Assembly (NCBI GenBank): GCA_964534375.1
Contig: CAZHPN010000019.1
Coordinates: forward strand, 1 to 49,906
DNA: 49,906 nucleotides
Direction: 5' to 3'
From: an uncultured bacterium
GTDB lineage: Bacteria > Lernaellota > Lernaellaia > Lernaellales > Lernaellaceae
A program made the translations under genes and the position numbers. Positions 46,416 through 49,906 of the stretch are shown one piece after another; within the stretch, counting starts at the first letter, position 1, and the number at the start of each line of letters is the position of its first letter. The notes beneath the pieces are model-generated. The model made no database searches, was not told where the DNA came from, and worked only from the letters and a program-made list of their open reading frames with translations.

Positions 46416-48494
46416 ATGGCCGCAGAGGACAACGGAGTCGACGCCGCCGGATGGCGCGCCGGATGGCTCGTCCGCCATGAAAAACAACTCGGCTGGGCGC
46501 TGGCCGGTTTTTGGCTGCTCGTTTTTGCGTTCCGCATTTTCTATGCCACCGACTTTCCGGAGAACCGCGAACAACTGACCAGCGGCGCGCTGGCCGCCGG
46601 CGTTTTGCACGGCCTGGCGATGTCGCCGTGGTGCTATCAATACATGGGGCACACCCACGGGCCGCTAATTTTTTCGCTGTTGCTGCTGCCGTTTTATTGG
46701 CTCGATGCGCCGCGAATGCTGTGGATCAAACTGGTCGGCGGCTGTTTTGCGGCGGCGGGCGTCTTCGTCTGGGTGCGGGTCGCGCGCCGCGCCTGGGGGC
46801 CGGCGGCGGCGTTGGCGCTCCTCGTGCTGCTGCTTTTTCCGCCGCCCGTGCTCGAACACCACTTTCATCTCGGCTACGCCAACCACATGGAGAGCATTTT
46901 CTTCACGGGTGCGCTGCTGTTGCTGTTTCTGCAACTGGAGGACGCGTATTTCGGCTTTGGCGCGACGGCCTTTCTGGGGTTTTTCGCGGGTTTTGCCCTC
47001 TTTTTCTCGTGGGACAATCTGCCGATCGTCGCAACCGTCGCCGCGGCGTTTTGCTGGCGCTGGGGCAGACGCGGCCTGATGTTGCTGCTGTGGCCCGCGG
47101 GCCCCGCTTTTCTGCTGGGGTTTTTTCCGCATTGGCTCTCGCCGTGGCGATCCGACGTGGTCACGATGAAGTCGGCGCTGGCGTCGCACCCGGTCCTCTT
47201 CGTCAAGAACCTGCTGCTTTATTCGTTCCCGGAAGGCTTCGGCGGCCGGCATTCGTGGATGGCCAAAGCGGCGACGGCGTGCATGCTCGCGGGCCTGGCG
47301 ATCTCAATCGTCGCCCAACGGCGGAAGCGGCTGTGGCGGCTGCCATGGACGCCGGACAAAGATTGGCTGAGCCGCGCGCTGTGGCTCTTCGCCGCGATCT
47401 TCGTCGGCGGCGCGAGCCTCACCAATTTTTATTCCGCGCCCGACGCCATCCATCCGATCCGCCATCTGCTGCCGCTGCTCGTCGCCGGCCTGGCGTTTGT
47501 CGCATTTTTCGTCTCGCGTTGGCCCGGAATGTGGAAATGGTTGCTGTGGCTGCCGCTCGCGGCCCCCGGCGTGGCCAACATCTTCGCCGGCTTCCCGCCG
47601 GCTGCCGCATACTTTGCCGACGGCTGGCGCGACCTGACGCAAATCCGCGGCGAGGCGCCGGACGTGGCGATCGATCACCTGCAATTGGATTTCTGCGGCG
47701 GAGCGAACCCCGGCGATTCCTGGGCGGCCGTCCAAAAAATGCCGCCGTCGTGGCGCGACGAAGGCGCCTGCATGATGGCGGTGCATTTCGGCCCGGCGGC
47801 CGTCGCGTCATGGCTCGCGCAGGACGCCCCGTGGCTGGCGGGCCGGCGGGAAATTTTTGTGCGCTGTGCGGCATCCGCCACCGATTGCGGCAGCCGCGGC
47901 GGCGCAGCGGGCCTCGGCGAATATTCAGCGGCGAGCTGCGTGCAGTGGCTCGACCAGTTCGGCGCGGCGGATCCGAAATTGGCGGCGGCGTTCGTCGAGG
48001 GTTATGCGTTCGGGACGATGGGCGTGCTTTCCGCGCGACTCTCGCGCAGCGACGATCTGGCGCGCGACCTGGAAAATTTCCGCCGCGGCGCCGCCCCGGC
48101 GACGACCGGCCTGCGGGAGACGATTCGCGTCCTGTTCGACCAAGCGGCGGGCAGGGGGGCCGAGCCGTTCGCCGCGTTCCTGCACGGCATCGGCCGCTGG
48201 CGCGCGGTGCACTACGACTATCCGGCCGATAAGGAAGCGCTGCGGCAGTATTGGGCGTCGTTGCTGGCCGGCGCGCCCGGCGCCGATTCGCCCGACGCGT
48301 TTGCGCGCGGTTACGCCGAGGGCCAGGCGTGGCTCCTGGCGTTCTATTTTCGCTCGTTCACGCTCGCGCCGCAGCCGATGGGCCTGACCTTCGCGAACCT
48401 GCCGGGGATTCGCGACGAGCTCGCGAAACAAGGATTTGCGTTGCGCGAGGGCGGCGGCAATCCAACGGAATATTTTCTCGAACGCGCCAGATAA
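46416..48494 (+). CDS. Polytopic GT-C-like membrane protein, paralog of 12308-14395
   Basis: SPWCYQY, RRAWGP, FPPPVLE, HMESIFF, RHLLP; multi-TM N-half, soluble C-half. Confidence 0.68.
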   Translation: MAAEDNGVDAAGWRAGWLVRHEKQLGWALAGFWLLVFAFRIFYATDFPENREQLTSGALAAGVLHGLAMSPWCYQYMGHTHGPLIFSLLLLPFYWLDAPRMLWIKLVGGCFAAAGVFVWVRVARRAWGPAAALALLVLLLFPPPVLEHHFHLGYANHMESIFFTGALLLLFLQLEDAYFGFGATAFLGFFAGFALFFSWDNLPIVATVAAAFCWRWGRRGLMLLLWPAGPAFLLGFFPHWLSPWRSDVVTMKSALASHPVLFVKNLLLYSFPEGFGGRHSWMAKAATACMLAGLAISIVAQRRKRLWRLPWTPDKDWLSRALWLFAAIFVGGASLTNFYSAPDAIHPIRHLLPLLVAGLAFVAFFVSRWPGMWKWLLWLPLAAPGVANIFAGFPPAAAYFADGWRDLTQIRGEAPDVAIDHLQLDFCGGANPGDSWAAVQKMPPSWRDEGACMMAVHFGPAAVASWLAQDAPWLAGRREIFVRCAASATDCGSRGGAAGLGEYSAASCVQWLDQFGAADPKLAAAFVEGYAFGTMGVLSARLSRSDDLARDLENFRRGAAPATTGLRETIRVLFDQAAGRGAEPFAAFLHGIGRWRAVHYDYPADKEALRQYWASLLAGAPGADSPDAFARGYAEGQAWLLAFYFRSFTLAPQPMGLTFANLPGIRDELAKQGFALREGGGNPTEYFLERAR

Positions 48495-48693
48495 ACGTTC
48501 GCCGCGAAAATCAAGAATCTGCGGAAACTCCGGTGGCAATTCGGATCGCTCCCGAGAAAAAGAGGGCAAAACGTTTTGCCGGTTGCGTTCTGTCTTGACG
48601 CCGATCGACGGACCGAGTAGTCATAAACTCAACCATTGCCCTTCCGGAACCGATCGTGGGACTGGGAAGAGGCTCATGCTCGGAGGCGCTGCG

Positions 48694-49515
48694 GTGAAAC
48701 ACGGCAAATGCTTCTTTCTCTGTCTGCTGACGATGGCATTGCTTGCCGGCGCGATCGCCTGCGGCAGTTCCGGCGGCAGCGGCGGTCACGCTTCGAACGT
48801 GACCGACGATGACGACAACGACGACCAGTCGCCGGTCGACGACGACGACGATAACGACGACGACGATAACGACGACGACGATAACGACGACGACAACGAT
48901 AACGACGACGACGACAACGACAACGACAATAATGACGACGACAACGACGACAACGATGACAACGATGACAACGATGATAACGACGACGATAACGACGACG
49001 ATAACGACGACGATAACGACGACGATAACGACGACGATGCCTTCAATTGCAGCGACGACGGAACGGTCTGCACGGACCCCGGCACAGGTCTGATGTGGCA
49101 GAACGGCGCGACCGTCGGTTCGGTCGCCAACGATTGGACGGATGCGGCGAACTACTGCGCCGGATTGAGTTGGGGCGGCTACAGCGACTGGCAATTGCCC
49201 GACATCAACCAGCTTCGCAGCCTGATCCGCGGTTGCGGCGCCACGGAGCCAGGCGGTTCCTGCGAGGTGGCCGACGACTGTCTGAGTTACGGAACCTGTT
49301 GGAGCGATGCCTGCAACGGCTGCGCCTATTTTGAGGGTCCCGGGCCGGCGGGCGTCTATTGGCCGCCGGCGATGACGGGCAATGCGTATGCGTCGTATTG
49401 GTCGTCGTCCGGCGTCTCCGACGGCGACGCGCTGGCGTGGATCGTCGAATTCAACTACGGGGAAATCACCGATGGCGATGTGGACCTCGAGGCGTACGCG
49501 CGTTGCGTTCGGTAA
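48694..49515 (+). CDS. Lipoprotein with poly-Asp/Asn linker and DUF1566 (Lcl C-terminal-like) domain
   Basis: GGAGG 7 nt before GTG; lipobox AIAC; DPGTGLMWQ, GGYSDWQLPDINQLRSL, YWSSS, AWIVEF, ARCVR. Confidence 0.88.
   Translation: MKHGKCFFLCLLTMALLAGAIACGSSGGSGGHASNVTDDDDNDDQSPVDDDDDNDDDDNDDDDNDDDNDNDDDDNDNDNNDDDNDDNDDNDDNDDNDDDNDDDNDDDNDDDNDDDAFNCSDDGTVCTDPGTGLMWQNGATVGSVANDWTDAANYCAGLSWGGYSDWQLPDINQLRSLIRGCGATEPGGSCEVADDCLSYGTCWSDACNGCAYFEGPGPAGVYWPPAMTGNAYASYWSSSGVSDGDALAWIVEFNYGEITDGDVDLEAYARCVR
48805..49038 (+). repeat. Coding tandem repeat of GAC/GAT/AAC codons encoding a DDDN-type tract
   Basis: Runs of GACGACGACGATAAC (15-mer) and GACGACGATAAC (12-mer) units. Confidence 0.92.
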
Positions 49516-49518
49516 ACG

Positions 49519-49547
49519 TTGACACCGCGCCCGCGGCGCATTAACTT
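49519..49547 (+). promoter_or_regulatory. Sigma70-type promoter
   Basis: TTGACA (49519-49524), 17 nt, TAACTT (49542-49547), upstream of the ORF at 49645. Confidence 0.6.
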
Positions 49548-49644
49548 TTCGTTGGATATTTAACCGAGAAGATTTTTGCAGTCTGCCGGCGGGGGCGCGC
49601 GTTCGGCGCGAGCGGTTCGCAACACAGAAACGCGAGGAAGTAAA

Positions 49645-49906
49645 ATGAACGGATCGTGGGCGAAGCAAGTCGAGACCTTTCAGAAAGCGTTGGCGAGTCT
49701 GGAACAGGAATTTGTTGAACGGATTCGGACTTTGTTGGTCAAATTGGCGGACCTGTTGGGCGCGCCGATTGTGCCCGTGAAGGCCAAGCCGGGCCGCAAG
49801 CGCAAGGTCGCCGCGGCGGCGCCGGCGGCGCGTCCGGCCGCTCGCGGGCGTCGCGGCCGGAAGGCCAACGGCGGCCAAACGCTGCCGGAATTGATCGTGA
49901 AAGTTC
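49645..49906 (+). CDS. 5'-partial probable nucleoid-associated / DNA-binding protein
   Basis: GAGGA RBS; MNGSWAKQVETFQKALASLEQEFVERIRTLL coiled coil, K/R/A/P linker (KPGRKRK, RGRRGRK), then TLPELIVKV; runs off the window end and is absent from the ORF track. Confidence 0.65.
   Translation, partial: MNGSWAKQVETFQKALASLEQEFVERIRTLLVKLADLLGAPIVPVKAKPGRKRKVAAAAPAARPAARGRRGRKANGGQTLPELIVKV

Noticed and set aside
48805..49038. Repeat array as CRISPR
   Set aside because: Codon-level low-complexity repeat inside an ORF; no unique spacers and no cas genes.
49380..49515. DUF1566 C-terminus as a DGR variable region
   Set aside because: No matching template repeat or RT visible in the window.

Overview
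GC-rich bacterial chromosomal segment. Gene content (GspC-PDZ, ftsB followed by a TM-GAF-GAF-GGDEF cyclase, Asp-rich lipoproteins) suggests a Myxococcota-related or deltaproteobacterial lineage; this is inference. No rRNA, tRNA, CRISPR array, transposase, integrase or reverse transcriptase was recognised. In order: a liv-type ABC operon with three different small inverted-repeat elements at its junctions; a decay zone (orphan GspC-like gene, multiply deleted GH63-like glucosidase, broken TPR gene); a 40-aa ORF and a Cys/Asp-rich lipoprotein; a 7TM-HD (PgpH-type) phosphodiesterase; a GT-C-like membrane protein; an SDR; a sigma54-type promoter, YHS gene and His-rich sensor kinase; xylA-like/xylB; a hypothetical plus radical SAM pair; FGE-sulfatase and SRAP genes; a beta-alpha ordered ADP-forming acyl-CoA ligase with an alpha/beta hydrolase; an envelope-modification operon (GT-C, active SGNH, catalytically substituted SGNH paralog, LtaS-like sulfatase); a c-di-GMP block (V4R-like/GAF kinase, REC-HD-GYP, ftsB, DmxA-like cyclase); fadL-like, ferredoxin, PfkB kinase and mtaB; an SGNH divergent from a second GT-C-like paralog; a poly-Asp/Asn DUF1566 lipoprotein; and the 5' part of a probable nucleoid-associated protein. 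Best candidates for undescribed systems are the SGNH enzyme/pseudo-enzyme envelope operon and the division-linked c-di-GMP make/break module. All family calls come from motif recognition by eye, not from database searches.
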